Positions 1 to 9,359 of a stretch of 64,000 nt of DNA are shown here, piece by piece. The stretch is from Pseudomonadota bacterium. GTDB lineage: Bacteria > Pseudomonadota > Gammaproteobacteria > Burkholderiales > JABEVD01. The stretch covers positions 13,897-77,896 of the forward strand of contig JAJZTQ010000005.1 in the NCBI GenBank assembly GCA_021848825.1. The letters run 5' to 3'. Every line of letters begins with the position of its first letter. Position 1 is the stretch's first letter. The notes under the pieces were generated by a model. It did no database searches. It had not been told where the DNA came from and worked only from the letters and a program-made list of their open reading frames with translations. Position numbers and translations under genes: made by a program.

Positions 1-1
1 G

Positions 2-259
2 AATGCAGGGCAAGTGGCCGATAAGCTGCCCGATCCATCCAAGGCAGAGGCCTATTTTAAAAAGGCCATATCGCTGAACCGAACTTATGCGGAAGCCTAC
101 ACCTGCCTTGGGCAGTTGCTCATCAAGCAGAAAAGATTCGAAGAGGCCGAAAGATATCTGACAGATGCCATCGAACTGATCCCTGACAGCAAGGAAATCG
201 CGGACCAGCTCCATTATCTCAACTACAAGGCGAAACCGCTGTCCGGCAAGGCGGATTAA
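2..259 (+). CDS. TPR-repeat protein, C-terminal fragment (5' end lies outside the window)
   Basis: The reading frame is open back to nt 2. The helical-repeat text 'AEAYFKKAISLNRTYAEAYTCLGQLLIKQKRFEEAERYLTDAIEL' looks like TPR units. It sits directly upstream of glycosyltransferase genes. Confidence 0.55.
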   Translation, partial: NAGQVADKLPDPSKAEAYFKKAISLNRTYAEAYTCLGQLLIKQKRFEEAERYLTDAIELIPDSKEIADQLHYLNYKAKPLSGKAD

Positions 260-268
260 TCGATTAAC

Positions 269-2179
269 GTGCGATATCAGACTGCCGTCATTCTCCACCT
301 CTATTACCTCGAATTGTGGGACGAGATCAATTCCTATCTCGACAACCTGAAGGGCCAGTTCGATCTATACGTATCTGTCCCTTTCGAAGCTGACCCTACG
401 GTTCTGACGAACATTCGGGAATCATATCCTTCGGCCAGAATCATTCGCTACGGAAACACAGGCAGGGATGTAGCCCCCTTTCTTGAAATATTCTCGGCGA
501 TTGCCCCGCTCTATAAATACTTCTGCAAGATTCACTCGAAAAGGACATTGCAACTGTCAGGAGGGGACGAGTGGCGTCGGGATCTCTATGATGAACTGCT
601 CGGATCTGAGGAAAGGGTCCGGGAAATCATGATGGCATTCGAAAACAATTCGAAAATCGGCATGATCGGTCCCGCCAATCACGTCGAATCGATCCGCTCG
701 TCCCAATGGACAGGATTCCGTGAATACCGGGATATATTGACCATGTGGGCTGAAAGAATAGGCGTCGAAAGAATCGACCAACTGATGTATTACTATTTTG
801 GCGGAACAATGTTCTGGTTCAGATCCGAAGCGCTCATGCCCATTCTGGACATCCACATCACCCAAACCGATTTCGGCAATGAGACAGGCGCTTACGACGG
901 CACCATTGCTCATGCGCTCGAGCGCTTCTTGCCTGTTGCCGCATATGCTGCGGGGTTTGGGATCTACGACACGGATCACCTCGCTTCCGACTGCGTCTCC
1001 GACATCAATCCGGTTTACGACCAGCCTGTCAATGCGAAAAAGCGCATTTGGATCGCTCCGGCGGACGGTCTACCCGGCGTCAATCTGGTCGGCCCTGTCG
1101 AATTCATCAATGGTGTTGGCGTCAGTTCGAGAGGATATGCCAAGAGTCTCGAGCATGCCGGCGTCACGCTCAATGTCGTGCCATGGCGAAAAGGGTTCGA
1201 GCGGCTCAACCGCATTGATGTTGCATTTCCGGAAAGCGGCCTGCAGCCGATCAACCTGATCCACCTCAATCTGGATCTTCTGACGGCGGAAAGACTGCTG
1301 GACAGGGGAGTTCTGGCCGAACTGACAAATGCCGACAGGTATAATATCTGCGTCCCCTACTGGGAGCTTTCACAGCTTCCTCCCGTATGGCACGAAACCC
1401 TCAATCGGTTCGATGAAGTCTGGTGCGCGAGTTCATTCATGGCCGATGCGGTTTCGGCAGCCTTCAGCGGCCCAGTCAGGGTAATTCGACCTTCGCTGGA
1501 ATGGCAGAGCGTTTCTAGCGATTACCGCCGAAAGGATTTTTCACTCCCGGAAGAAAAATTCATTTTTTTCTACGCGGCGGACATCGGCAGCATCATGGGG
1601 CGCAAGAACCCCATGGCCCTGCTCCGCGCATTCGTCGAAGAGTTTCAGCCGGAAGAAGGCGCCTGTTGTCTCATCAAGATCAACTACGCCAATCGCGGCA
1701 GCAGGGAGGTGAGGGAACTCATCAACCTTTCGAAGCAGCGCCCAGATGTCATCTTCATGGACAAGCTGCTGGAAGAACATCGCATGCACGCCCTTTTCGA
1801 CCAGATAGACTGCTATGTTTCCCCTCACCGCTCGGAAGGTCTCGGCCTGACCATACTCGAAGCCATGCATGCATCGAAACCTGTCATTGCAACGCCTTAT
1901 GGCGGCGTCGCCGACTTCGTGACGCCAGAGACAGCTTTCCCCCTGGACTTTCGTGTCGCACCTGTCGGGGAAGGCAACTTCCCCTATCCTCCGGATTATG
2001 TCTGGGCAGAACCGTCCACGACCTCCCTCAGGCAATCGATGCGGCAGGTGTTTCTCCATCGTGAAGATGCGAAAAGGACGGCATCGAGGGGAAAGGAACT
2101 CAGCAATGTCCTTTTCTCATTGGAAAGAACTTCCTCGATAATGCGTGAGGAAATCCGTAGAATCTGGTATGGAAAATAA
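269..2179 (+). CDS. Fusion glycosyltransferase: RgpF-like (rhamnan synthesis protein F family) N-terminal domain plus GT-B/GT4 C-terminal domain
   Basis: 636 aa with a GTG start. The N-terminus 'AVILHLYYLELWDEINSYL...' resembles the RgpF family. The C-terminus has a GT4-type motif, 'SPHRSEGLGLTILEAMHASKPVIATPYGGVADFV'. Confidence 0.7.
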   Translation: MRYQTAVILHLYYLELWDEINSYLDNLKGQFDLYVSVPFEADPTVLTNIRESYPSARIIRYGNTGRDVAPFLEIFSAIAPLYKYFCKIHSKRTLQLSGGDEWRRDLYDELLGSEERVREIMMAFENNSKIGMIGPANHVESIRSSQWTGFREYRDILTMWAERIGVERIDQLMYYYFGGTMFWFRSEALMPILDIHITQTDFGNETGAYDGTIAHALERFLPVAAYAAGFGIYDTDHLASDCVSDINPVYDQPVNAKKRIWIAPADGLPGVNLVGPVEFINGVGVSSRGYAKSLEHAGVTLNVVPWRKGFERLNRIDVAFPESGLQPINLIHLNLDLLTAERLLDRGVLAELTNADRYNICVPYWELSQLPPVWHETLNRFDEVWCASSFMADAVSAAFSGPVRVIRPSLEWQSVSSDYRRKDFSLPEEKFIFFYAADIGSIMGRKNPMALLRAFVEEFQPEEGACCLIKINYANRGSREVRELINLSKQRPDVIFMDKLLEEHRMHALFDQIDCYVSPHRSEGLGLTILEAMHASKPVIATPYGGVADFVTPETAFPLDFRVAPVGEGNFPYPPDYVWAEPSTTSLRQSMRQVFLHREDAKRTASRGKELSNVLFSLERTSSIMREEIRRIWYGK

Positions 2180-4682
2180 AATCCTGCTCTCTCCCGTGGA
2201 GGAGAAGCTCTATTCGAAAAGAATCGCTTCCTGGGAAGTTCGACCCAAATTTCACATCGGCCTGATCGTTCCGACCGGAGAGGAAAATCTTGCCGAAAGC
2301 ACCCTTCAATCCCTTGAAGCCCAGCGCTACCCCTATTTCGAATTCTCTGTCCTGTCTGATGCCAACCTTGCTTCAAGAGAGAATGTCTGGAAGAAATTGA
2401 ACGAGATCCTGAGGGAATCGGACGCGGAATGGGTCGGCGTCATCCGTCCCGGGGACATCATTCCGACCCATGCCTTTCTGTTCATGTCCGAGGCGATACA
2501 CGACCATCCGGACTGGCGCTTCGTTTACAGCGATGAAGATTCGGTGGATGCTGCCGGAAATTTCGCTTCTTCCCATTTCAAACCCGATTTCAATCTCGAC
2601 CTGCTGCGGAGCAATCCTTCCTATGTCGTCGGACTCTTTCTCGCCAGAAGAGATCTATTCCTGACATCCGAAGGATTCGATCCTGCCGGTCTCGCGTTCA
2701 GGGCATATGAGATGGGCGGCGAAAAATGCATAGGGCATGTGCCGGAAATTCTCATTCACCGGGCAGCCCATATCGAATCGAGGGGAAATGAGATTGAAGC
2801 GCATCTATCGAGATCAGGAATTCAGGCGAGAGTCGAATCAGGTTTGCTTCCTGGCACATTCCGCGTGCGTTATCTTCACGACTCCAGGCCCCCCGTTTCC
2901 ATCCTCATCCCGGTAAAGGAGCCTTTCCACCTTCTTCAGACCTGCCTCGAATCCATTGTCGAGAAAACGAGCTACCAGAACTACCGGATCCTTCTTTCAG
3001 ACATGGGCTGCAATTCCGATGAAATCAAGGCCTATCTGAGCAGTCTCTCTAACCTCGGTTCCGAAAAGATCAAGGTGCTTCCTCCTTCATCGGGAATGAA
3101 GGAATTGCTGGACCATGGGTTGCAGTATTCTGGCGACCACATCCTGCTACTGGACAGTCACGCTGCGGTTCTTCAGCGGGACTGGCTGGACGTGATGATG
3201 GAGCACGCTCAGCGGACCGAAGTCGGGGCAGTGGGGCCCCGCCTGCTCGATGCCCAGGGCAACATCTACAGCGCGGGCATCGTCCCCTGCTCCTCCCCTC
3301 CTTTCAGGGGAACGCCGATGAACGAGGCGGGCTATTTCGGCAAGCTCCAGGTTGATCAGGATTATTCAGCAGTCTCCGGAAAATGCTTGCTGGTGAAAAA
3401 AAAGTTTTTGCAGGAATGGCTGGCCGGAGATGAAAAGTGCCTCGACACGCTTTTTGATGTCGATCTTTGTCTTTCCATCAGGAGCAAGGGGCATCTTGTC
3501 CTCTGGACACCGCATGCCAACCTGCTCTACGCGAACAGCGAACCGGAACTCGGAACCCAAAAGGAAGAACAGCAACTGCTCTGGAAGAAATGGCTCCCGA
3601 TAATCGCGAACGACCCCGCCTACAATCGAAACCTCTCCTTATGGCAGTGCTGCGAAACAGAAAAATACCCTGAACTCTACCGCAATCCCCTTCCCTGGCG
3701 CCCCCTTCCCAGAGTGCTGGGCGTCATCGGCGATTCCACCGGCGGGAGCGGCGAATATCGGGCTAAGGCCCCGCTCAGGGTATTGACCAATGCAGGAAAG
3801 ATAGAGGGGATGGAATGCCATGTCCACCATACCCCTGTCGGAATGGAAAGAATCAAGGCTGACGTGGTTCTGCTCCAGTACCAGATCGAAGAGCGTCATA
3901 TCCGGGCAACCGAACTCAACCGGAAATATAGCGACGCATTTTACGTATTCGAAATAGACGACCTGATCACCAATCTTTCGTCGAGAAACGCGAACAAATC
4001 CCTGTTCCCGCCCGACACCGTCAAAAGGCTGAGGAAAATCGCATCGCTGGTGGACAGGATGATCGTCTCGACAAGGCCGCTCGCCGATGCCTACAAGGGC
4101 TATTGCAGGGACATCAGGGTCGTTCCCAACTACATCGAAGAGGGGAAGTGGGGGCATTTCAAACCCGAAAGAAGAGCGGGAAAACTGCCGAGGGTGGGAT
4201 GGGCGGGAAGCAACAGTCACGGGGGCGACCTTGCCTTCATGGTGGACGTGGTGAAGGCGCTGTCAGGAGAAGTCGAGTGGGTTTTTTTTGGGATGTGTCC
4301 GGAAGAACTCAAATCGCTCGTCGAATACCATGAACCTGTTGCCATAGAAAAATATCCTGAAAAGCTCGCCGGCCTCAATTTCGACCTCGCCGTAGCACCC
4401 CTCGAAATCCATCCCTTCAACGAAGCCAAGAGCCATCTGAAGCTGCTCGAATACGGCATCCTGGGTTACCCCGTGGTCTGCACGGACATCGCGCCCTATC
4501 AAGGCGATTATCCCGTGATAAGGCTGAAGAACCGGTTCCAGGATTGGGTGAAGGCGATCAGGGCCCATGTATCGGATCTGGACGAATGCGAAAAAAGAGG
4601 CGATGCATTGCGCAGCCATATATTCAGGCACTGGATTCTCGAAAAGAATCTCGACGTCTGGACGGACGCCTGGCTTCCCTGA
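2169..4682 (+). CDS. Large multi-domain glycosyltransferase (two GT-A/GT2-like modules plus a C-terminal GT-B-like module); candidate flagellin glycosyltransferase
   Basis: The ORF opens at 2145; ATG 2169 (MENKILL) was chosen. GT2-like segments: 'HIGLIVPTGEENLAESTLQSLEAQRYP' and 'VSILIPVKEPFHLLQTCLESIVEKTSYQNYRILLSD...LLLDSHAAV'. C-terminal segment: 'FNEAKSHLKLLEYGILGYPVVCTDIAPY'. It ends 93 nt before fliC. Confidence 0.7.
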   Translation: MENKILLSPVEEKLYSKRIASWEVRPKFHIGLIVPTGEENLAESTLQSLEAQRYPYFEFSVLSDANLASRENVWKKLNEILRESDAEWVGVIRPGDIIPTHAFLFMSEAIHDHPDWRFVYSDEDSVDAAGNFASSHFKPDFNLDLLRSNPSYVVGLFLARRDLFLTSEGFDPAGLAFRAYEMGGEKCIGHVPEILIHRAAHIESRGNEIEAHLSRSGIQARVESGLLPGTFRVRYLHDSRPPVSILIPVKEPFHLLQTCLESIVEKTSYQNYRILLSDMGCNSDEIKAYLSSLSNLGSEKIKVLPPSSGMKELLDHGLQYSGDHILLLDSHAAVLQRDWLDVMMEHAQRTEVGAVGPRLLDAQGNIYSAGIVPCSSPPFRGTPMNEAGYFGKLQVDQDYSAVSGKCLLVKKKFLQEWLAGDEKCLDTLFDVDLCLSIRSKGHLVLWTPHANLLYANSEPELGTQKEEQQLLWKKWLPIIANDPAYNRNLSLWQCCETEKYPELYRNPLPWRPLPRVLGVIGDSTGGSGEYRAKAPLRVLTNAGKIEGMECHVHHTPVGMERIKADVVLLQYQIEERHIRATELNRKYSDAFYVFEIDDLITNLSSRNANKSLFPPDTVKRLRKIASLVDRMIVSTRPLADAYKGYCRDIRVVPNYIEEGKWGHFKPERRAGKLPRVGWAGSNSHGGDLAFMVDVVKALSGEVEWVFFGMCPEELKSLVEYHEPVAIEKYPEKLAGLNFDLAVAPLEIHPFNEAKSHLKLLEYGILGYPVVCTDIAPYQGDYPVIRLKNRFQDWVKAIRAHVSDLDECEKRGDALRSHIFRHWILEKNLDVWTDAWLP

Positions 4683-4692
4683 AAAATTTTCC

Positions 4693-4719
4693 TAAAGTAA
4701 TCCGGATTCCGTCCGATAA
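4693..4719 (+). promoter_or_regulatory. Sigma-28 (FliA) promoter of fliC
   Basis: TAAAGTAA-N11-TCCGATAA against the consensus TAAAGTTT-N11-GCCGATAA, with exact spacing, about 55 nt upstream of the fliC ATG. Confidence 0.7.
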
Positions 4720-4774
4720 CTGGTTCAAAGCGGACTCTTCTCGCTGAAATACGACCTGTCAAAGGAGAACGGAA

Positions 4775-6337
4775 ATGCCAACTTCAATCAACACGAATAT
4801 ATTGTCGCTGAATGCACAGCTCAATCTCCAGAGCTCGCAGAATTCGCTGGCGACATCCCTTGAACGCCTCTCTTCCGGCCTCCGGATCAATACTGCTGCC
4901 GACGACGCGGCTGGCTTCGCAATCAGCCAGCAGATGACCGCCCAGATCAACGGCATCAACCAGGCTGCCCAGAATGCAAACGACGGCATTTCCATGGCAC
5001 AGACCGCACAGGGCGGATTGAATGCAGAAATCGGTCTCCTTCAGAGCATGAGGACGCTGGCTGTCCAAGCAGCCAACGGCACCAATTCGGCATCCGACCG
5101 CCAGGCTATACAGGCCCAGATCGCACAGCTCCAGCAGGAACTGTCCAGAACGGCGCTCAGCACCCAATTCAACGGCCTCAACATCCTGGACGGCACCATG
5201 TCGGACGCCCAGTTCCAGGTCGGCTCGAATGCCAACCAGGTGATCAACTTCGGCATCGCCAGCACCAAGGCGAGCGACATCGGCAACAACAGCTACAGCA
5301 CCAGCGGCGCGATGACCGGCGCAACCTTGTCGACTAGCAGCACCGCGAGCGGAAACGGCGTGACGGCACAAACCCTGACGATACAGGGCGCACTGGGAAC
5401 GACAGGATTGAATAGCGTCCCGTCCATAACGGTAAACGCCAACGATTCGGCCTATACAATCGCCAACACCATCAACAATGTCAGCGCGCAGACCGGCGTC
5501 AGCGCATCGGCCGTCACCAGCGCCGAACTATCCGGCCTCGCAGCGAGCGGCACGGTTTCATTCTCCCTGCTCGGTTCGAATACCACTGCAGTGACGATCA
5601 ATGCATCCGTCACCAATGTCAATGATCTTTCTTCGATCGCAAATGCGATCAATGCCGATACGGCATCTACCGGCATCAGCGCCTATTCCGACCAGAGCGG
5701 CCATCTCTTCATGACGCAGAGCCAGGGCTATGACATCAAGATCCAGAATATGAGCGATTCAGGAAAGACGACCGCCGGCAGCATTGCAACTTTGGGCAGC
5801 TTCAATCCGAACACGAGCTCCGCCAACGCGCCGGATACAGCGGCAACCGTCGGCCTCGCCAGCGGCCAGAGCGGAACGGTGGGCGGACAGATCGCGTTCG
5901 AATCGGCATCTGCCTTCACCATCAGCTCCAGCGTTGCGGGTACGGGCACGGCCGGAAGCGTGCTCGACACCGCGTCGGCCGCTAACACCAATGTCGGCAG
6001 CACCCTGCGTGAAGTCGCGAACATCGACGTCACGACAGTTCAGAATGGGGTTCCTGCAGGCGCCAACGAAGCAATCAGCACCATAGACATGGCGCTTCAG
6101 ACGCTCAACACCATTGCCGCCAACCTCGGTTCGGTGCAGAACAGGTTCCAGGATACCATCACCAACCTGCAGACGACGTCGAATAACCTGTCTGCCGCGA
6201 GAAGCCGGATCCAGGACACCAACTTCGCTCAGGAAACGTCGAACCTGACCCGTGCCCAGATCCTGCAGCAGGCGGGTACGGCGATGCTGGCGCAGGCAAA
6301 CCAGATCCCCAACATGGTGCTGACGCTGCTGAAGTGA
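4775..6337 (+). CDS. fliC: Flagellin
   Basis: 520 aa. Canonical N-terminus ('INTNILSLNAQLNLQSSQNSLATSLERLSSGLRINTAADDAAG') and C-terminus ('LGSVQNRFQDTITNLQTTSNNLSAARSRIQDTNFAQETSNLTRAQILQQAGTAMLAQANQ'). The central domain is Ser/Thr-rich. RBS AAAGGAG. Confidence 0.97.
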   Translation: MPTSINTNILSLNAQLNLQSSQNSLATSLERLSSGLRINTAADDAAGFAISQQMTAQINGINQAAQNANDGISMAQTAQGGLNAEIGLLQSMRTLAVQAANGTNSASDRQAIQAQIAQLQQELSRTALSTQFNGLNILDGTMSDAQFQVGSNANQVINFGIASTKASDIGNNSYSTSGAMTGATLSTSSTASGNGVTAQTLTIQGALGTTGLNSVPSITVNANDSAYTIANTINNVSAQTGVSASAVTSAELSGLAASGTVSFSLLGSNTTAVTINASVTNVNDLSSIANAINADTASTGISAYSDQSGHLFMTQSQGYDIKIQNMSDSGKTTAGSIATLGSFNPNTSSANAPDTAATVGLASGQSGTVGGQIAFESASAFTISSSVAGTGTAGSVLDTASAANTNVGSTLREVANIDVTTVQNGVPAGANEAISTIDMALQTLNTIAANLGSVQNRFQDTITNLQTTSNNLSAARSRIQDTNFAQETSNLTRAQILQQAGTAMLAQANQIPNMVLTLLK

Positions 6338-6356
6338 TGTAGGGCTTCAACCGGTC

Positions 6357-6383
6357 GCCTGACCAGTGTTATACTGGTCAGGC
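6357..6383 (+). terminator. Stem-loop after fliC (candidate terminator or attenuator)
   Basis: Perfect 10-bp stem GCCTGACCAG/CTGGTCAGGC with a 7-nt loop, starting 20 nt after the fliC stop. The downstream T-tract is weak ('tattcc'). Confidence 0.5.
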
Positions 6384-6406
6384 TATTCCGCTTAAGGAGA
6401 TAGATC

Positions 6407-6802
6407 ATGTCAATATCGTCAGTTAACATGACAACGGTCAATCAGTATCCTAGCCCGGATCAAAGCCAGGTACAGGGACAAGGCCAGGGATCCAGCCAGG
6501 TACAGGGGTCTGCGCAGACGCAGGAATCTGCTCAGGTTCAGGTATCGAATCAGACCCAGGGCGCCCAATCCGAGCCCAGCCTGAAGGAAGTGCAGCATGC
6601 CGTGGACCAGATCAACAACGTGGTCCAGTCCGCCAGCACCGATGTCCGGTTCAAGGTGGATCAATCGAGCGGAAGGGTTGTGGTTCAGGTCATGGATACA
6701 AACAACAACCAGGTTATCAGGCAGATACCGAGCAAGGAAACGATGGCGATCGCCCAGGCGCTGGACAAACTCCAGGGCTTGATCATACGCAATCAGGCCT
6801 GA
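6407..6802 (+). CDS. flaG: FlaG flagellar protein
   Basis: 131 aa. The C-terminal block 'VRFKVDQSSGRVVVQVMDTNNNQVIRQIPSKETMAIAQAL' is typical of FlaG, and the position between fliC and fliD fits. The N-terminus is a Gln-rich low-complexity region. Confidence 0.85.
   Translation: MSISSVNMTTVNQYPSPDQSQVQGQGQGSSQVQGSAQTQESAQVQVSNQTQGAQSEPSLKEVQHAVDQINNVVQSASTDVRFKVDQSSGRVVVQVMDTNNNQVIRQIPSKETMAIAQALDKLQGLIIRNQA
6464..6507 (+). repeat. Direct repeat inside flaG (14-mer AGCCAGGTACAGGG twice, 30-nt period)
   Basis: AGCCAGGTACAGGG occurs at 6464-6477 and again at 6494-6507. It encodes the repeated peptide SQVQG within 'SQVQGQGQGSSQVQGSAQTQ'. Confidence 0.8.
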
Positions 6803-6824
6803 AAACCCCCATTTCGGAGGCGGC

Positions 6825-8888
6825 ATGTCCAGTTCATCAACATCAGGACTGACCAATTCTTCGGCAGCCCTTGCAAACGCGGGTGCTTCGCTCGTCGGAT
6901 CCGCCATATCCGCCCCGGGCATAGGATCGGGACTCAATGTCAACGGCATAGTCAGTTCGCTGATGGCTGTCGAGGCCCAGCCGGTCAATCTGTTGAACAA
7001 GCAGGAGCAGTCCTATCAGGCGAGGCTCTCCGCTTACGGCCAGCTCACCGCCGGACTGTCTTCCTTCCAGAGCTCGGTCGCTTCCCTGACCAGCCAGTCG
7101 ACATTCCAGAGCCTCACCGCGACGCCGTCCGATGCCACCGTCTTGACTGCTTCGGCCGGAACGGGCGCAAGCGTCGGAAACTACTCGATCAATGTCTCCA
7201 ATCTGGCTCAGGCGCAGACCCTCGTTGCACCCGGCCAGACCAGCACGACTTCCTCGATCGGAACCGGAACCAGCACCACCCTGGCATTCACTTTCGGCAC
7301 CACATCTGGCACGTCCTTCACGCAGGATCCGACCCAGGGAACCAAGACAGTCACCATTGACAGCAGCAACAATTCGCTTCAGGGCATCATGGATGCAATC
7401 AATGGGGCGAACATAGGCGTCAGTGCATCGATCGTCAACGACGGAAGCGGCACGCCCTATCGCCTCGAACTGACTTCTTCGTCAGGCGCGAGCCATACCA
7501 TGGAAATCGCTGTGACAGGAGACAGCTCGCTCAAGAGCCTGCTGGGATACACGGCAGGGCAAACCGGAACAGGGGTGATGACCCAGACGACTGCGGGACA
7601 GAATGCTTCGCTCACGGTGAACGGGCTTGCCATATCCAGCCCGTCCAATACCTTGTCTTCCGCTATTCCGGGCGTGACGCTGAATCTGCTCAAATCAGGC
7701 TCGGCAACGCTCGCCGTCACGAACAATGCCTCTTCGGTCCAGAGCGAAGTGCAGGGCTTCGTGTCCGCATACAATACCTTGCACGGCACGCTGGGGTCCC
7801 TGATCGATTACAACACGACCACACAGACCGGCGGACCACTGACTGGCGATTTCACGGCAATGTCCGTCGAATCGAAATTGAGCGGGATACTCGTGGCCGC
7901 CGTTCCCGGCATATCCGGCAGCGCCAGCATCTCGACCCTTGCACAGCTCGGCATCAGCCTCAACAAGGATGGAACGCTTTCGCTTAACAACGCCACTTTG
8001 CAAACCGCCATTTCGAATCATCTGAATGACGTTGCAGCGATGTTCGCGAGCGTGGGCAATGCAACCGACAGCCTGGTGAATTACGTCGGCTCCACAGCCG
8101 ATACCCAGCCTGGTACTTATTCAGTAGCGGTTTCGCAACTCGCGACCCAGGGCAACGCCGTCGGCAACGTCAACCTGAACAGCGGGCTCAACATCGTGGC
8201 GGGCAGCAACGATACATTGAGCATGACCCTGGACGGCATTTCCTCCTCGGTGACCATTCCTTCTGGAAACTACACTTCTTCCTCTGCCCTTGCCGATGCG
8301 GTCCAGTCGGCGATCAACGGAAACAGCGCATTTTCTTCCCTCGGCTCCTCGGTTGCGGTGAGCATCGATCCTTCGACGGGCTACATGACCATCAGCTCCA
8401 ACCGCTATGGATCGGCGTCGAACGTGACGATCACGAACAGCAGCGCAGGCGCTGCGCTCATGGGAAGCAGCAATTCGACTGCAGGACTGGACGTGGCTGG
8501 AACCATCAACGGTTATGCAGCGACAGGATCGGGCCAGAACCTGACTGCAAACCCGGGAAATGCCGCAGACGGGCTCACGGTGCAGATTACGGGAGGTTCG
8601 ACCGGCAACAGGGGAACGATCAGCTATTCGCAGGGGTATGCTGCCGGGCTCAGCAATGCGATTACCGGAATTCTTTCCAATTCAGGCCAAATCGCCAACG
8701 TCACGAACGGGATCAATGCCGACATCACCGACATCCAGAACCAGATCAAGGCGATGAATGCCCATCTCGCCCAAGTACAGCAGAATTATCTCAGCCAGTT
8801 CACGTCACTGGACGTGCTGATGGGAACCATGCAGCAAACCAGCACTTATCTGACCCAGCAGCTAGCCAATCTGCCCAAGGTCAATTAG
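6825..8888 (+). CDS. fliD: Flagellar filament cap protein (HAP2)
   Basis: 687 aa. N-terminus 'GLNVNGIVSSLMAVEAQPVNLLNKQEQSYQARLSAYGQL'; C-terminus 'YLSQFTSLDVLMGTMQQTSTYLTQQL'. Position between flaG and fliS. Confidence 0.95.
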   Translation: MSSSSTSGLTNSSAALANAGASLVGSAISAPGIGSGLNVNGIVSSLMAVEAQPVNLLNKQEQSYQARLSAYGQLTAGLSSFQSSVASLTSQSTFQSLTATPSDATVLTASAGTGASVGNYSINVSNLAQAQTLVAPGQTSTTSSIGTGTSTTLAFTFGTTSGTSFTQDPTQGTKTVTIDSSNNSLQGIMDAINGANIGVSASIVNDGSGTPYRLELTSSSGASHTMEIAVTGDSSLKSLLGYTAGQTGTGVMTQTTAGQNASLTVNGLAISSPSNTLSSAIPGVTLNLLKSGSATLAVTNNASSVQSEVQGFVSAYNTLHGTLGSLIDYNTTTQTGGPLTGDFTAMSVESKLSGILVAAVPGISGSASISTLAQLGISLNKDGTLSLNNATLQTAISNHLNDVAAMFASVGNATDSLVNYVGSTADTQPGTYSVAVSQLATQGNAVGNVNLNSGLNIVAGSNDTLSMTLDGISSSVTIPSGNYTSSSALADAVQSAINGNSAFSSLGSSVAVSIDPSTGYMTISSNRYGSASNVTITNSSAGAALMGSSNSTAGLDVAGTINGYAATGSGQNLTANPGNAADGLTVQITGGSTGNRGTISYSQGYAAGLSNAITGILSNSGQIANVTNGINADITDIQNQIKAMNAHLAQVQQNYLSQFTSLDVLMGTMQQTSTYLTQQLANLPKVN

Positions 8889-8900
8889 AGGAGAGTACAC

Positions 8901-9359
8901 ATGTACGGACCGAATTCCGCAATCAGCTCTTATTCGAACACCGCGATGGAAACAAGCGTGCATGCAGCGAATCCGCACAGGCTGATCCTGCTGCTCTTCG
9001 AAGGCGCGATCCTGACCGTCTCTTCCGCAATAGGACACCTGAGCAGGAATGAAGTCGCCCAGAAAGGCAGGATGATATCGCACTCCATCGCGATCATAGA
9101 CAGAGGACTCAGTGCAAGCCTGGACATGAATGCCGGTGGGGAAATCGCGCAGAATCTTTCCTCGCTTTACGACTACATGGTGAGAAGGCTTCTCCATGCC
9201 AGCCTCAACAACGATGCCGAGGCTTTGAAGGAAGTGCTGAGACTGCTCGGCGAGCTGAAGGGCGCCTGGGAAGCAATAGCCGACAATACGCCCGAGATCC
9301 CAGCAAAAATCGAAGCGCCCATCGAACGCAGGGCCTCGCTCAGTTACGGCAAGGTATGA
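8901..9359 (+). CDS. fliS: Flagellin-specific chaperone
   Basis: 152 aa. 'NPHRLILLLFEGAILTVSSAIGHL...IAQNLSSLYDYMVRRLLHA...LLGELKGAWEAI' matches the FliS pattern. Confidence 0.93.
   Translation: MYGPNSAISSYSNTAMETSVHAANPHRLILLLFEGAILTVSSAIGHLSRNEVAQKGRMISHSIAIIDRGLSASLDMNAGGEIAQNLSSLYDYMVRRLLHASLNNDAEALKEVLRLLGELKGAWEAIADNTPEIPAKIEAPIERRASLSYGKV

Noticed and set aside
6315-6330. Sigma-54-like string TGGTGCTGACGCTGCT at the 3' end of fliC, a possible flaG-fliD promoter.
   Set aside because: The match is only partial. It lies in the conserved flagellin C-terminal codons (NMVLTLL). The predicted start would also fall just upstream of the 6357-6383 hairpin. I cannot distinguish it from chance without TSS data.
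6461-6568. Short periodic repeats (flaG QG region, fliN DDWAAAMAEQ duplication) considered as possible CRISPR or other arrays.
   Set aside because: There are only two copies, both in frame within coding sequence. There is no spacer/repeat architecture and no cas genes.
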